Made by a program: the position numbers and the translations under genes. A stretch of 64,000 nucleotides of DNA from the IMG/VR virus record IMGVR_UViG_3300024955_000001, positions 4,579 to 68,578 of that record; one strand, written 5' to 3'. The notes beneath the pieces are model-generated. The model saw only the letters and a program-made list of their open reading frames with translations, searched no databases and had not been told where the DNA came from. This document shows positions 34,347 to 42,843 of the stretch, one piece after another. The number at the start of each line of letters is the position of its first letter. Position 1 is the first letter of the stretch. Origin of the DNA: a virus.

Positions 34347-36086
34347 TCATGTGCGCCAGTCGGGTGCTGGCGGCATTTCAAATTCGTCATCGGTGCCGTA
34401 TCCGTCTTCGGATGGCTGGTACAGGCCGGACTCCTTGGCCTGGGCCCACTGGCGCAGGGCGTCAGCGCCCTCGGTGCAGCCGTTGGACTTGTCGGGTTCG
34501 TCCAGGAACTTGGCCAGGGCATGGCTGTATTTCTTGCGATACCCGCGCAGGCGCTCCAGGCCGAACGCGCATGCGTCCTTGTCGAACCAGGCCCCGCGCA
34601 TGTGCTTGCGCAGGGTGTTCACGCCGGTGATGAGCTGGGTGACGCGCGGCACGATCACGAACTTGTGCCCCGGCATTAGCTGCTGAAGCTGCTGCTTGGT
34701 GCTGCGGTTCGTATCACCCAGACGCTTGTGGTCCGCGTCGTGCGGCAGGTAGTGCTTGCCGAAGACATAGCCCAGGCTCTGCAGGTGCCGCACGTAGTGC
34801 CGCAGGTCTTCGTCGTGCTCTTCGTAGTAGTTGATGAACCGGTCCTCGCCGCGCAGCTGCTGGGCAAACCAGATGGCGCACCCGTCGCTGTTGCCGATGT
34901 CCCAGAACGTGTAAACGGGCAGGTCCAGCACTGGCACAGCGGTGATGCCGCCGCGCTTGGTCAGCTCGGTGATCGCCTTGGTGAGGTAGTGGCCCTCGGT
35001 GGACTGCTGGAAGGCCTCGCGCGGGGTTGAGGGGTACTCCTGCCACATGCGCTCTTCCCGCCCCGGGAAGTCGGCAGCCTGGGTCGCCGCGTACCAAGCC
35101 CGCTGTTCCATGTCCAGCGTGGTACCGGCCTCCACCTCGATGTCATCGAAGTATTTATGCAGGGCATCCGGCACCACCACCGCGCTCGCGTCCATGCGAT
35201 AACTGGGCTCCTGCCACCACGCATAGAAGTGGAAACGGTAGTCCCGCTCCGTGAGTCTCTGGTGGGCGTGGTGCAAGGCCTCGGCCCGCGTGCACAGCTC
35301 GTAGAACTCCCCGTTCGCCCCTTCGGCGGTGGACTCGATCACCAGGACGCCAGACAGCGGCACAGCCGGGATGGAGCCGGTCATCACCTCCTTGGCCTTG
35401 TGCGGGAACTTGGCGCAGATCTTCCCGAACTCGGACACGTGCAGCCGGTGGATCGTGCCGCCCCGCACGCTGGTGGCCACGCGCATGCTGCTGTTGTTGT
35501 GCGCGAAGCGGATTTCCTTCGTGCTCGCGCGGGCCAGGGGGAAGCGCTCGCGGATTTCCTCCGGCAGGTGGTCGTAGGCAAAGATCACCTTGTCCCGGAA
35601 GATGGATTCAGCCGTCTCCCGGTCCTGGGCGATCATCCCGCAGCGCTTATTCCCATTGAACAGGGCCTCATCCAGCCACAGGATGGCAATCAGGGTCGTG
35701 AAGCCCAGTTGGCGGGCCTTGAGGATGATGTTGCGGTGCCACAGGCGCTTGATGAATCGGCGCTGCGCACGATTGGGGATGAACGGCTTGACGAACGACT
35801 CGCCCTCGTCAATGACCTCGCCCTTCTCGTTCTTTACCGGGTCGCCCTTGACGATGATCTGGTACAGCGCACCACTGAACAGGCGCCACTCCGGGTCGGC
35901 AAGGCAGCGCTCCAGCTCTTCCGCGTCGGCGGGCATGCGCACCGCTGGTTGCACGCGCACGCGCTTGAGGTCGCGCGGCTCGTGCGGCCAAATCTTGGTG
36001 TCCAGGCTAGACGCCTCATCGCCTGGGCCTGCAACCCATACGTTGTCGTCCTCTTCCTCGCGCTGAACCTGGGGAGCCTTTGCCAT
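34347..36086 (-). CDS. terL: terminase large subunit
   Basis: Start ATG 36086 (MAKAPQVQ), adjacent to the terS stop. 579 aa. ATPase-like NIILKARQLGFTT and nuclease-like WDIGNSDGCAIWF motifs. Confidence 0.85.
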   Translation of the reverse strand: MAKAPQVQREEEDDNVWVAGPGDEASSLDTKIWPHEPRDLKRVRVQPAVRMPADAEELERCLADPEWRLFSGALYQIIVKGDPVKNEKGEVIDEGESFVKPFIPNRAQRRFIKRLWHRNIILKARQLGFTTLIAILWLDEALFNGNKRCGMIAQDRETAESIFRDKVIFAYDHLPEEIRERFPLARASTKEIRFAHNNSSMRVATSVRGGTIHRLHVSEFGKICAKFPHKAKEVMTGSIPAVPLSGVLVIESTAEGANGEFYELCTRAEALHHAHQRLTERDYRFHFYAWWQEPSYRMDASAVVVPDALHKYFDDIEVEAGTTLDMEQRAWYAATQAADFPGREERMWQEYPSTPREAFQQSTEGHYLTKAITELTKRGGITAVPVLDLPVYTFWDIGNSDGCAIWFAQQLRGEDRFINYYEEHDEDLRHYVRHLQSLGYVFGKHYLPHDADHKRLGDTNRSTKQQLQQLMPGHKFVIVPRVTQLITGVNTLRKHMRGAWFDKDACAFGLERLRGYRKKYSHALAKFLDEPDKSNGCTEGADALRQWAQAKESGLYQPSEDGYGTDDEFEMPPAPDWRT

Positions 36087-36087
36087 G

Positions 36088-37095
36088 TCAGCTCCCGTCG
36101 TCGGGCTCGTCGGGCTCGTCGGGCCGCATAGGCATGCTGGACGCTGGGCGCTCAGGGTCATCCGCAACGGGCTTGAACCCATTGCCACTGCCCGATGCAA
36201 TGCGCTGCAGCAGGGATGCGAGCGGATCGGTCTTCTGGTCGTTGTCCTTCTCGTAGAGGCCCAGATGGCGGAAGAGCTTTTCCGCATAGGGCGACTTGTC
36301 GTGCGTCTTCACCTCGATGCCGAACTGCGTCTGCTTGGCTCCTGCGTAGAGCGCAGCGCCCTTCTCGCTCAGGTAGCGGGTGTCCTTGAGCACCACGCGC
36401 GCATGGCCGTCGCCGCCGCACTCGGGGCACTCGGCGTGTGGGGCGCGCAGGGGGTTGAATCCGATGCCGCCTTGCTCATCGAACTCGGCGGGGTTGTTGC
36501 CCTTCTCCACCCACTTCTCGCGGTCGCGGTTCATTTCGCCCACGGTGCGCTGCCACTTGTGGCCCTCGCCGTAGCAGCAGCGGCAGCAGCCGGTTTTGAG
36601 CTCCACCAGCTCGCGGGTGTCAGCCGTGACGATGTTCCACGCCTCACGCAGGACGCCATCGGCGGTGATCTGGGTGCGCTCCTGCTGCTCCTTGCGGGCG
36701 GCGTTCAGGGCGCGCTGGATACTAAGTTTTGCTAAGAGCTGGGAGCCCTGCTCATTGGCCGTGTGCGGGCTGTACCCGGCACGAATGGCGGCCTGGGTGG
36801 CGTTCATGTCCACCATGTACTCATCGACAAAGCGCTGCTGCTTGTCGGTCAGTACGGTTTCGGTGGGGGTGATGGTGGGCGCCGGTTCCGGCTGGGGTGT
36901 GGCTTGCGCCTTGGCCTTCGCCTTCGGAGGTGGTGGTGCCTTGGCGGGTTTGGCGCTTGCTGCGGGCGCCTTCTTGGCCGGTGCTGCCTTGCGCGCAGGC
37001 GTGACTGAGCCTGCGGCCTTCTTGGGGGCTGCAGGCTTGGTGGGGGTCTTCTTACTGGGGGGTGCGGACTTCTTGCCCGCTGGGGGTTTGGCCAT
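36088..37095 (-). CDS. terS: terminase small subunit (Terminase_2-like) with K/A/P-rich N-terminal tail and Cys cluster
   Basis: LTDKQQRFVDEYMVDMNATQAAIRAGYSPHTANEQGSQLL is the classic small-terminase HTH. aa 1-78 are KPAA-type low complexity. CCRCC...CPECGGDGH lies C-terminal. Confidence 0.8.
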   Translation of the reverse strand: MAKPPAGKKSAPPSKKTPTKPAAPKKAAGSVTPARKAAPAKKAPAASAKPAKAPPPPKAKAKAQATPQPEPAPTITPTETVLTDKQQRFVDEYMVDMNATQAAIRAGYSPHTANEQGSQLLAKLSIQRALNAARKEQQERTQITADGVLREAWNIVTADTRELVELKTGCCRCCYGEGHKWQRTVGEMNRDREKWVEKGNNPAEFDEQGGIGFNPLRAPHAECPECGGDGHARVVLKDTRYLSEKGAALYAGAKQTQFGIEVKTHDKSPYAEKLFRHLGLYEKDNDQKTDPLASLLQRIASGSGNGFKPVADDPERPASSMPMRPDEPDEPDDGS

Positions 37096-37119
37096 GCCCG
37101 GGAGTCTTCCGGGGCATGG
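37092..37119 (-). promoter_or_regulatory. hairpin sequestering terS start codon
   Basis: ccatgccc(gg)...(cc)gggcatgg, 8+2 bp. The AUG at 37095 is in the 3' arm. Uses the same CAUGCCC/GGGCAUG arms as the 3263 hairpin. Confidence 0.45.
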
Positions 37120-37132
37120 GGGATTGGCCTAA

Positions 37133-37144
37133 CCCTATGCTGGG
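37133..37144 (-). repeat. late-region motif copy (minus: CCCAGCATAGGG)
   Basis: 38 nt upstream of the terS ATG. Confidence 0.6.
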
Positions 37145-37176
37145 CCGCGCAGTGGGCGGCCTGGGGGTGGTGTGGG

Positions 37177-37362
37177 TTACTGGTCTGGTAGCTCGTCCAG
37201 CTTGGTACGCACCCACTCGGCGCCGCCCAGGGCTTTGAGCTTTGCCTTGTGCGCTGGGCTCAGGCGTAGTGGCACAACAACCTTGAGCTCTTCGGCGGGC
37301 TTGGGCTTTCGGCCCTGGCCTCGGTCGTTGGGTGGGCGCTTGGGTTTGCTCTCGGTCGTCAT
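37177..37362 (-). CDS. small basic hypothetical protein
   Basis: 61 aa, K/R/P-rich N-terminus. Confidence 0.4.
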   Translation of the reverse strand: MTTESKPKRPPNDRGQGRKPKPAEELKVVVPLRLSPAHKAKLKALGGAEWVRTKLDELPDQ

Positions 37363-37386
37363 GGGCGCAATCCTACTGGGTGGCAG

Positions 37387-37884
37387 TCATTCCTGGATGG
37401 GCGTGGCGCTCCACACCACGGCGCCGATGAAGATTTCGGCGCTGTACGGATCATCTGGGTCCACGTTGCGGATGGCGCGCAACTCGGTCTTGAACCCCTC
37501 GGCGGCTTGGTCGTGGTTCTCGGCGGTCAGCAGCAACAGGGTGTCCTCATCGTCGCCGCGCAGGCGGCCGGTCACGGCGTAGTGGCGCTGGCCGGTGGGT
37601 TGGGCTTGCTCCAGGGTGCGCTCGGCTCTATCGGCGCGGTCCTGCTCGCTCTGGAATGCGGCCAGCATGCCCGGCCCAGTCTCCAGGGCTTCGGTGCTGA
37701 TTCCCTCGCAAGCGTTCCAGCACGCGGCCAAGCGGCGCAGGTTGGCCTGCTGGCGGGCTTCCATCTGTCTGCCGTTCACCAGCATGCTCATGAACCACTC
37801 GCCCTGGTCGTCCAGCAGGGTGTAGCTGTTGGCATTGCCGTTGGCGCGATGCGTGAGGCGTGTGGATGTGTGGGTGATGGTCAT
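37387..37884 (-). CDS. hypothetical protein
   Basis: Start set to ATG 37884 (MTITHTSTRL) with GGAG ~9 nt upstream. 165 aa. Confidence 0.5.
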   Translation of the reverse strand: MTITHTSTRLTHRANGNANSYTLLDDQGEWFMSMLVNGRQMEARQQANLRRLAACWNACEGISTEALETGPGMLAAFQSEQDRADRAERTLEQAQPTGQRHYAVTGRLRGDDEDTLLLLTAENHDQAAEGFKTELRAIRNVDPDDPYSAEIFIGAVVWSATPIQE

Positions 37885-37888
37885 GGTG

Positions 37889-38203
37889 TCAAGCTCCAAT
37901 GGCGTCAAGGTGGGCGCGCAGCTCGTCGGCCAGTTTGTCCCGGCCTTGCTGGTCCCCGGTGGTCATGGCGTTGCGGGCCTTGGGGTCCAACATGATGTTC
38001 TCCAGGGCAGCACAGGCCACGCTCGCAAGATCAAGCGTCTTGGTCACGGCGGCGATTTCCTGCTCGATGCGGGACCGCTCCAGCTCGGCGGATTCCAGGT
38101 CTTCCTGGGTGTAAAAGTTGTGCCGGTCATCGCGGATGTTCTGGATGCGCTCCGCGATCTGCTCGCGGGCGGCGTTGAACAGGTTTGAGAAGTCGATAGG
38201 CAT
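37889..38203 (-). CDS. hypothetical protein
   Basis: Start set to ATG 38203 (MPIDFSNLF), preceded by AAGGAG (ORF-track start is GTG 38218). 104 aa. Confidence 0.5.
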   Translation of the reverse strand: MPIDFSNLFNAAREQIAERIQNIRDDRHNFYTQEDLESAELERSRIEQEIAAVTKTLDLASVACAALENIMLDPKARNAMTTGDQQGRDKLADELRAHLDAIGA

Positions 38204-38214
38204 GGCGGGCTCCT

Positions 38215-38478
38215 TCACTCCGCGGCTGCGTCGAGATCATCGGTGTCCAGGTCGGTGAACTCGGTGATACCGCTGATGATGTTTTCCATGAGGTCGATGG
38301 CGGCTTGGGCCTTCTGACCCTTCTCCCCCTCCTGCAGGCTCTCTGGCATGTTGTCCAGGTAGTCCTGTTCCTCGTTGAGAACATCCTGCAGGTCGGTCAT
38401 GAGCGTGCTGGCTTGATCCTGCAGCTCGCTCATGCGGTCGCGCAGCTCGGCCAGTTTGGTGCGGCGTTGTTTGTTCAT
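38215..38478 (-). CDS. acidic coiled-coil hypothetical protein
   Basis: 87 aa. ATGA-type overlap with the upstream gene. Confidence 0.5.
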   Translation of the reverse strand: MNKQRRTKLAELRDRMSELQDQASTLMTDLQDVLNEEQDYLDNMPESLQEGEKGQKAQAAIDLMENIISGITEFTDLDTDDLDAAAE

Positions 38479-38798
38479 GCTGCGGCGCCTTCCTTGGCCG
38501 CGTAGTGGGCGCGCGCGGCGGCCAGGGTTTCCTCGATCTTGCTCAGGGCCAACTGGTGCAGCTCGCGCACCGTCTTTTCAGTGCAGCGCGCGCCCTTGTA
38601 GACCGTGCGGGCGCTGTAGTCGCCAAACATATCCCAGGTCAGGAACCCGTCTTTGTTGTCGGTGTTGACCACTGCGCGCGTGACCATTCCGCCATTCGTC
38701 TTGCCAGTGCTCACGATCAGCACGCGGTTTGCCGCTCCCATTTCGATAGCGGTCTTTGCTTCCCAGCCGTCGCGGCCCTTGCCAATTTGCATTTCCAT
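38475..38798 (-). CDS. hypothetical protein (first gene after sigma70-like promoter)
   Basis: ATG 38798 (MEMQIGKG), 8 nt after AAGGAG. 107 aa. Confidence 0.5.
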   Translation of the reverse strand: MEMQIGKGRDGWEAKTAIEMGAANRVLIVSTGKTNGGMVTRAVVNTDNKDGFLTWDMFGDYSARTVYKGARCTEKTVRELHQLALSKIEETLAAARAHYAAKEGAAA

Positions 38799-38829
38799 TT
38801 CAATCACTCCTTGGGGTTGGTGTGATTGA

Positions 38830-38859
38830 ATTATGTATTACCCAAATCAACTCAGTCAA
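38830..38859 (-). promoter_or_regulatory. sigma70-like promoter upstream of small-gene/terS block
   Basis: Minus strand TTGACT (38854-59), 18 nt, CATAAT (38830-35), in the only AT-rich 73-bp gap of the leftward genes. Confidence 0.45.
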
Positions 38860-38880
38860 CTGTTTTCCGTATTTCTTTTT

Positions 38881-39597
38881 TCAAACGCTCGCACGCGGCG
38901 CTTGGGAGAACAGATCAGCATGGCGCTCCACAAACCGGCGCAGGAACTCTAGGCCCCGCCCGGTCACGCGCGCCACGCGGCTGAGCTGGCGCCCGCGCGT
39001 GTTCGTGTCGAAGGTGTGCAGCGATTCCTTGAAGTAGCCTTGGGCCACGTAGCGCGCGGCCGGGGCGTTGTCGGGCAGGATCACGCCCTTCTGGCGCAAA
39101 GCCTTCTCCAGCTTGCGCACGGGCACGCCGATGGTTTTGGCCGCGTCACGGACCAGCACCGTGCCGTCCGAGTTCAGCATGGCGTCGGCGTACACCACCT
39201 TCGGGCGGGCTGCCTCCAGCGCGGCCTGCTGCAGTTCAATCTGCTCCTGCTGCTCGGCAGCCAGGCGCAGGGCCTGGGCGAAGGTCTTGGGGACGCCCTG
39301 CCCATCCTCCAGCTCCTGCCAGCGAGCAATGATGCGGCTGCGCAGCTGCAGGCTGTAGCCGGACACCAGCACCAGCGTTTCGTGCTTGGGCAGCGCCAGG
39401 ATGGGGTAAAGCTGTCCGTTCTGGATGTCACGGTGGGTCTGCTCAAATTTGAGCACCCCCCGGGGGCCGTGAAGTTCCACCAGCATGGCGCGCGCATCGC
39501 GCAGCACGTTGCGGTGCTCCTTGCCCGTGAGCGCGGCGATCTCCCGCGTGCTCATCGTCAGTGGCTGGCCTGCGGCCATGGTCATCAGCGTGTTCAT
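38881..39597 (-). CDS. Rha-family regulator / antirepressor (Rha N-domain + KilAC-like C-domain)
   Basis: MSTREIAALTGKEHRNVLRDARAMLVEL matches the phage pRha motif. The C-terminal ADAMLNSDGTVLVRDAAKTIGV... is ANT/KilAC-like. Confidence 0.65.
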   Translation of the reverse strand: MNTLMTMAAGQPLTMSTREIAALTGKEHRNVLRDARAMLVELHGPRGVLKFEQTHRDIQNGQLYPILALPKHETLVLVSGYSLQLRSRIIARWQELEDGQGVPKTFAQALRLAAEQQEQIELQQAALEAARPKVVYADAMLNSDGTVLVRDAAKTIGVPVRKLEKALRQKGVILPDNAPAARYVAQGYFKESLHTFDTNTRGRQLSRVARVTGRGLEFLRRFVERHADLFSQAPRASV

Positions 39598-40196
39598 GCC
39601 TTGGTCCCTTCACGAAAAACGGCGTCTTCGGGGCCGGTGAAGCCCAACAGATCCTGCTGGCGCGCGTCCAGCTTCCCTTGCAGCAAATCGCGCATGGATT
39701 TCAGCTCGCGGCCCTGCGCCTCCACCTTGGCCGCCAGCTCGGTCGCCAGATAGAGGTGCTGGTTGGTGCTGTTGATGAGGATGGCCTGCCCCGCAGAGCC
39801 CACGGACAGCATGGACAGGGCACGGTCCTCGTCCGGCGTCAGGTGGAGCACGACATCGGGGACGCCCTTGCGGCCCGTGATTTCGATCATCACGTAGCCG
39901 CTATCCAGGATCGTCTTGCTGATGTTGCGCTTTGGCGGGTAAGTCTCCACCAGCTCGTAAATGCCACGCAGCAGGCGCTTGAGGCGGTTGTCATCGACCA
40001 GCGCGCGCAGGCGGTCGTCCACGATGGACAGTTTCAGCCCGGTGAGCTCGGCCACCGTCTCGCGCGTGGCGATCTGATCCACACTCCGCAGGTCGCGCAC
40101 CGCGCAGTACACGCGCTCCGTGCTCGGGATCGGCTTCGTGGGCTCGATGGGCTCAGCCCCTGGGGTGGCAATCTGTTGCTGGGTGGTTTCGGTCAT
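39594..40196 (-). CDS. hypothetical DNA-binding protein (wHTH-like)
   Basis: Start ATG 40196 (MTETTQQQ), ATGA overlap with the upstream stop. 200 aa. Confidence 0.45.
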   Translation of the reverse strand: MTETTQQQIATPGAEPIEPTKPIPSTERVYCAVRDLRSVDQIATRETVAELTGLKLSIVDDRLRALVDDNRLKRLLRGIYELVETYPPKRNISKTILDSGYVMIEITGRKGVPDVVLHLTPDEDRALSMLSVGSAGQAILINSTNQHLYLATELAAKVEAQGRELKSMRDLLQGKLDARQQDLLGFTGPEDAVFREGTKA

Positions 40197-40723
40197 GCTT
40201 CCTCGTCTTCGGTGAACTGCGGGATTCCTGCGGGCCAAAGGCCCATGGTGTTGAGCTGGTGGCGGGTCTGGGCAGCCATGGCGCGGCCCAGTGCCACATG
40301 CGCCTCACGGCCACCGGTCACCAGGCGGTACTGGTCGAAAGCAACGTGGCAGCCCTCGATGCCGGGGCGGGTGCAGCACAGGGGCATGGCGCGGCGGTCG
40401 TCCACCTTCTGGCCTTTGCCCTTGCCCGCGTTCTCGTGGGCGTGCTGGCTGTAGCCTGCGACCTGGCAGTGCGCGCACGGCAGGCTGGCCACGGCGCGGC
40501 GGTATTTCTCGCTGCGCAGCGGGGTGTCTTTGAGCACGGGAGTGGAGCAGGCGACCGCGCAGGCAATCACCGAAGCTCGCGGAGTGGCCGAAGCCATGGC
40601 GCGCGCTGCGCGTTCTTCCAGGCGCTGGTCCCGAAGCATGAAGACCGATGGACCTAGGGAACGGGTCTTGAATATCGTGCGGGCCATGGCCGTGCGCTTG
40701 AGGGGGGTACGACGGGTCAGCAC
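40193..40723 (-). CDS. DUF1364/YbcO-like putative nuclease
   Basis: 176 aa. The Cys/His pattern LPCAHCQVAGYSQHAHENAGKGKGQKVDDRRAMPLCCTRPGIEGCHVAFD is typical of lambdoid nin-region YbcO-like proteins. Confidence 0.45.
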   Translation of the reverse strand: MLTRRTPLKRTAMARTIFKTRSLGPSVFMLRDQRLEERAARAMASATPRASVIACAVACSTPVLKDTPLRSEKYRRAVASLPCAHCQVAGYSQHAHENAGKGKGQKVDDRRAMPLCCTRPGIEGCHVAFDQYRLVTGGREAHVALGRAMAAQTRHQLNTMGLWPAGIPQFTEDEEA

Positions 40724-40974
40724 GGCACACCCCCATCGGACAGGGCATCTGCCTCCAGCTCGCGTTCGGCCAGGGCCACCACGTCACCGGCAATCTGACG
40801 GCGGTACCGCACGGTGGCCGTGAGCAGGTAGCGGCGCTGGGCGGGCGTGAGCGCCTGGGCATCGGGCAGCGCGGCGCGTGCTGCCATGTCCTTGGCGAAG
40901 CGCTTGGTACCGATGCCGGGCTTGAAGCAGCACGCGGCCAGAGCGCGGGCCAGGGTCTTCTCGTTCTCTGTCAC
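40717..40974 (-). CDS. hypothetical protein
   Basis: Start set to GTG 40974 (GTGA overlap with the upstream stop). 85 aa. Confidence 0.4.
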   Translation of the reverse strand: MTENEKTLARALAACCFKPGIGTKRFAKDMAARAALPDAQALTPAQRRYLLTATVRYRRQIAGDVVALAERELEADALSDGGVPC

Positions 40975-41303
40975 CGGGTGGCTCCTTCCAAGCGGCGGTT
41001 GTTGGCGTTCTCGCTGCGCCACACCTCAACACGGAGCTGTGCGGCGGTCAGGCGCCAGCGCAGTGCTTCCTCCACGCGCACGGCCTCGCGCAGGCCTTCG
41101 AGCAGCGCGATGTATTCGGGGTGGCTGTAGGCGTACTGCTCGCGGGCCGCCACGGCTTTTTCCTGGCAGGCGTTCATCAGCAGCGCCTTCTTGCTCTTGC
41201 GGAAGTGCTCCAGGTGCACGCGGTCGGCCTTGGCCTGGGCGTATTTGCGCGAGTGCTCGATGAGGAAATCGACGGCGCGCTGTGGGTCCACGGTTTCGCT
41301 CAT
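40971..41303 (-). CDS. hypothetical protein
   Basis: 110 aa, helical. ATGA overlap with the upstream gene. Confidence 0.5.
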   Translation of the reverse strand: MSETVDPQRAVDFLIEHSRKYAQAKADRVHLEHFRKSKKALLMNACQEKAVAAREQYAYSHPEYIALLEGLREAVRVEEALRWRLTAAQLRVEVWRSENANNRRLEGATR

Positions 41304-41683
41304 CGGCGGCCCCTCCAGTCCTGGCCCGTAACCTTGCGAAGGTGGGCCATGTGGTCTTTGGGATTGAGGCGCGGGGCGCGATACACGAGGGGGCTGATCG
41401 GCTTCAACTCGGTGAAGTGCAATCCGTTCACGAACCCCAACAAATCCCGTTCGCCATCGGTCAGCGCATCGCGGTCGCGCACTTGGAGGACTCGCACCAG
41501 GGCTACCCCGTCCTCGTCACGCGTGAATTCGGCGATGGCAGTACGGTCCACCTCGCGGGCCATGTCCACGGCAAGTTGCGGCGGGATGACCAGAACAAAG
41601 GGCTTACGCGGCGCACGTAGCTCCGCTTCAATGAGTTCCCGCATGTGGTCGATGGCCTCGATGACAGTGAACTCGTCATTCAT
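41300..41683 (-). CDS. hypothetical protein
   Basis: Start set to ATG 41683 (MNDEFTVIEAI). 127 aa. Confidence 0.5.
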   Translation of the reverse strand: MNDEFTVIEAIDHMRELIEAELRAPRKPFVLVIPPQLAVDMAREVDRTAIAEFTRDEDGVALVRVLQVRDRDALTDGERDLLGFVNGLHFTELKPISPLVYRAPRLNPKDHMAHLRKVTGQDWRGRR

Positions 41684-41885
41684 GACCGACCTCCGCGAAC
41701 AGATCCAGGGTCTGCGGGTCCGGGCGGCGAAGGCCCGCGCTCGGACGCCCCAGGCGCAGCACGCCCGACTTCTTGCGCGCCAGCTCCAGCAAGCCAGCCT
41801 TGCGCGCGCAGGTGGGCCCAATGGGCAGAGCGCCGACAAACACAGCGGCGGCCAGCATGGGGCGATTGCAGAAAGCGCACTTCAC
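41676..41885 (-). CDS. small zinc-ribbon-like protein
   Basis: Start set to GTG 41885 with AGGAG 6 nt upstream and a GTGA overlap with the RuvC stop. Contains KCAFCNRPM...GPTCARK. Confidence 0.4.
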   Translation of the reverse strand: MKCAFCNRPMLAAAVFVGALPIGPTCARKAGLLELARKKSGVLRLGRPSAGLRRPDPQTLDLFAEVGHE

Positions 41886-42310
41886 CGGGCGCTCCTGTAT
41901 GGCCACGCCACCATGGCCGCATCGCGCTCATGCTGGTTGCTGCTGTGCGTCCAGCCCGTGTAGACGGCGAAGTTCTCGGCCCCGCGCTTCGGGCCCTTGG
42001 CCGTTGGGCTGATGCCGTGCGCCGGCACACCCAGCTCACTGCACACCTCCGTAATGAGGCGGCACCATGCATCGACCTGCCCCAGGCTGCGCGCGGTGGC
42101 CAGCGCTGCGCCGTAGGCACCCTTGGTGCGCGCGTTCCAGGTGCGAGTCTCCAGGCGCGAGTCCTCAAAGACCACGCGCGCAGGCATCATTTCGCGGATC
42201 GTGCGCTCGATCTCCACTGGCTTGATGGTGTCCAGGTGCACGAGCTGGCCGTCCACAAAATGCGCCACGCCCGTGCTGGCGCCGGGGTCCATGCCAAGAA
42301 TCAGGCTCAT
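41882..42310 (-). CDS. RuvC-like Holliday junction resolvase
   Basis: 142 aa. ILGMDPGASTG (catalytic Asp), FEDSR and NQHERDAAM motifs typical of phage RuvC/RusA-position resolvases. Confidence 0.65.
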   Translation of the reverse strand: MSLILGMDPGASTGVAHFVDGQLVHLDTIKPVEIERTIREMMPARVVFEDSRLETRTWNARTKGAYGAALATARSLGQVDAWCRLITEVCSELGVPAHGISPTAKGPKRGAENFAVYTGWTHSSNQHERDAAMVAWPYRSAR

Positions 42311-42843
42311 GGGCGGCCTCCTGCGATCAGGGCAGAAAACAGCCCGTTGTCCGCACGCACCGCGATGGATTCACCCCGGCGATACTTGCTCAACACCGAA
42401 GTGCTCACCCCCAGTTCCTCGGCCAGCTCAACGCCGGTCTTCTTGCTCGTCTGCACGTACAGGATCTGCTCCGGGTTCAGGAGAGCCCGCTGGCGCCCTA
42501 TCGCCCGATTCGCAAGGATGCGATTTGTCTGCCCCTTCAACTTACCTGTGCGCTGCAGCCAGGCGCCATAGTCGGCCACCTTTGTGCACTTGATGTGTGC
42601 CGGGTTGCAGCAGGCAAGCTCATCGCAGGTACCAAACACGCGATAGCCCTCCGGCACGGCCTGCTCGTTGAGGCAATGCCATACCGCGCGCATGCCGCAC
42701 TGGGTCCGCATTCCTCCATCGGCGCGGGTGTAGTCCGGCGCGTAGATATTGGGGCGGCCGTCATGGCGCAGAGCGCCGCGCCACAGCCAGTGCCCGTCCT
42801 CAGTGATGACGCAGCGGCCCTTGATCTCTTCAATGGTTCTCAC
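42307..42843 (-). CDS. HNH-like DNA-binding protein with C-terminal HTH
   Basis: 178 aa. GHWLWRG...TCDELACCNPAHI (HNH_3-like), then VELAEELGVSTSVLSKY (HTH). Confidence 0.45.
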   Translation of the reverse strand: MRTIEEIKGRCVITEDGHWLWRGALRHDGRPNIYAPDYTRADGGMRTQCGMRAVWHCLNEQAVPEGYRVFGTCDELACCNPAHIKCTKVADYGAWLQRTGKLKGQTNRILANRAIGRQRALLNPEQILYVQTSKKTGVELAEELGVSTSVLSKYRRGESIAVRADNGLFSALIAGGRP

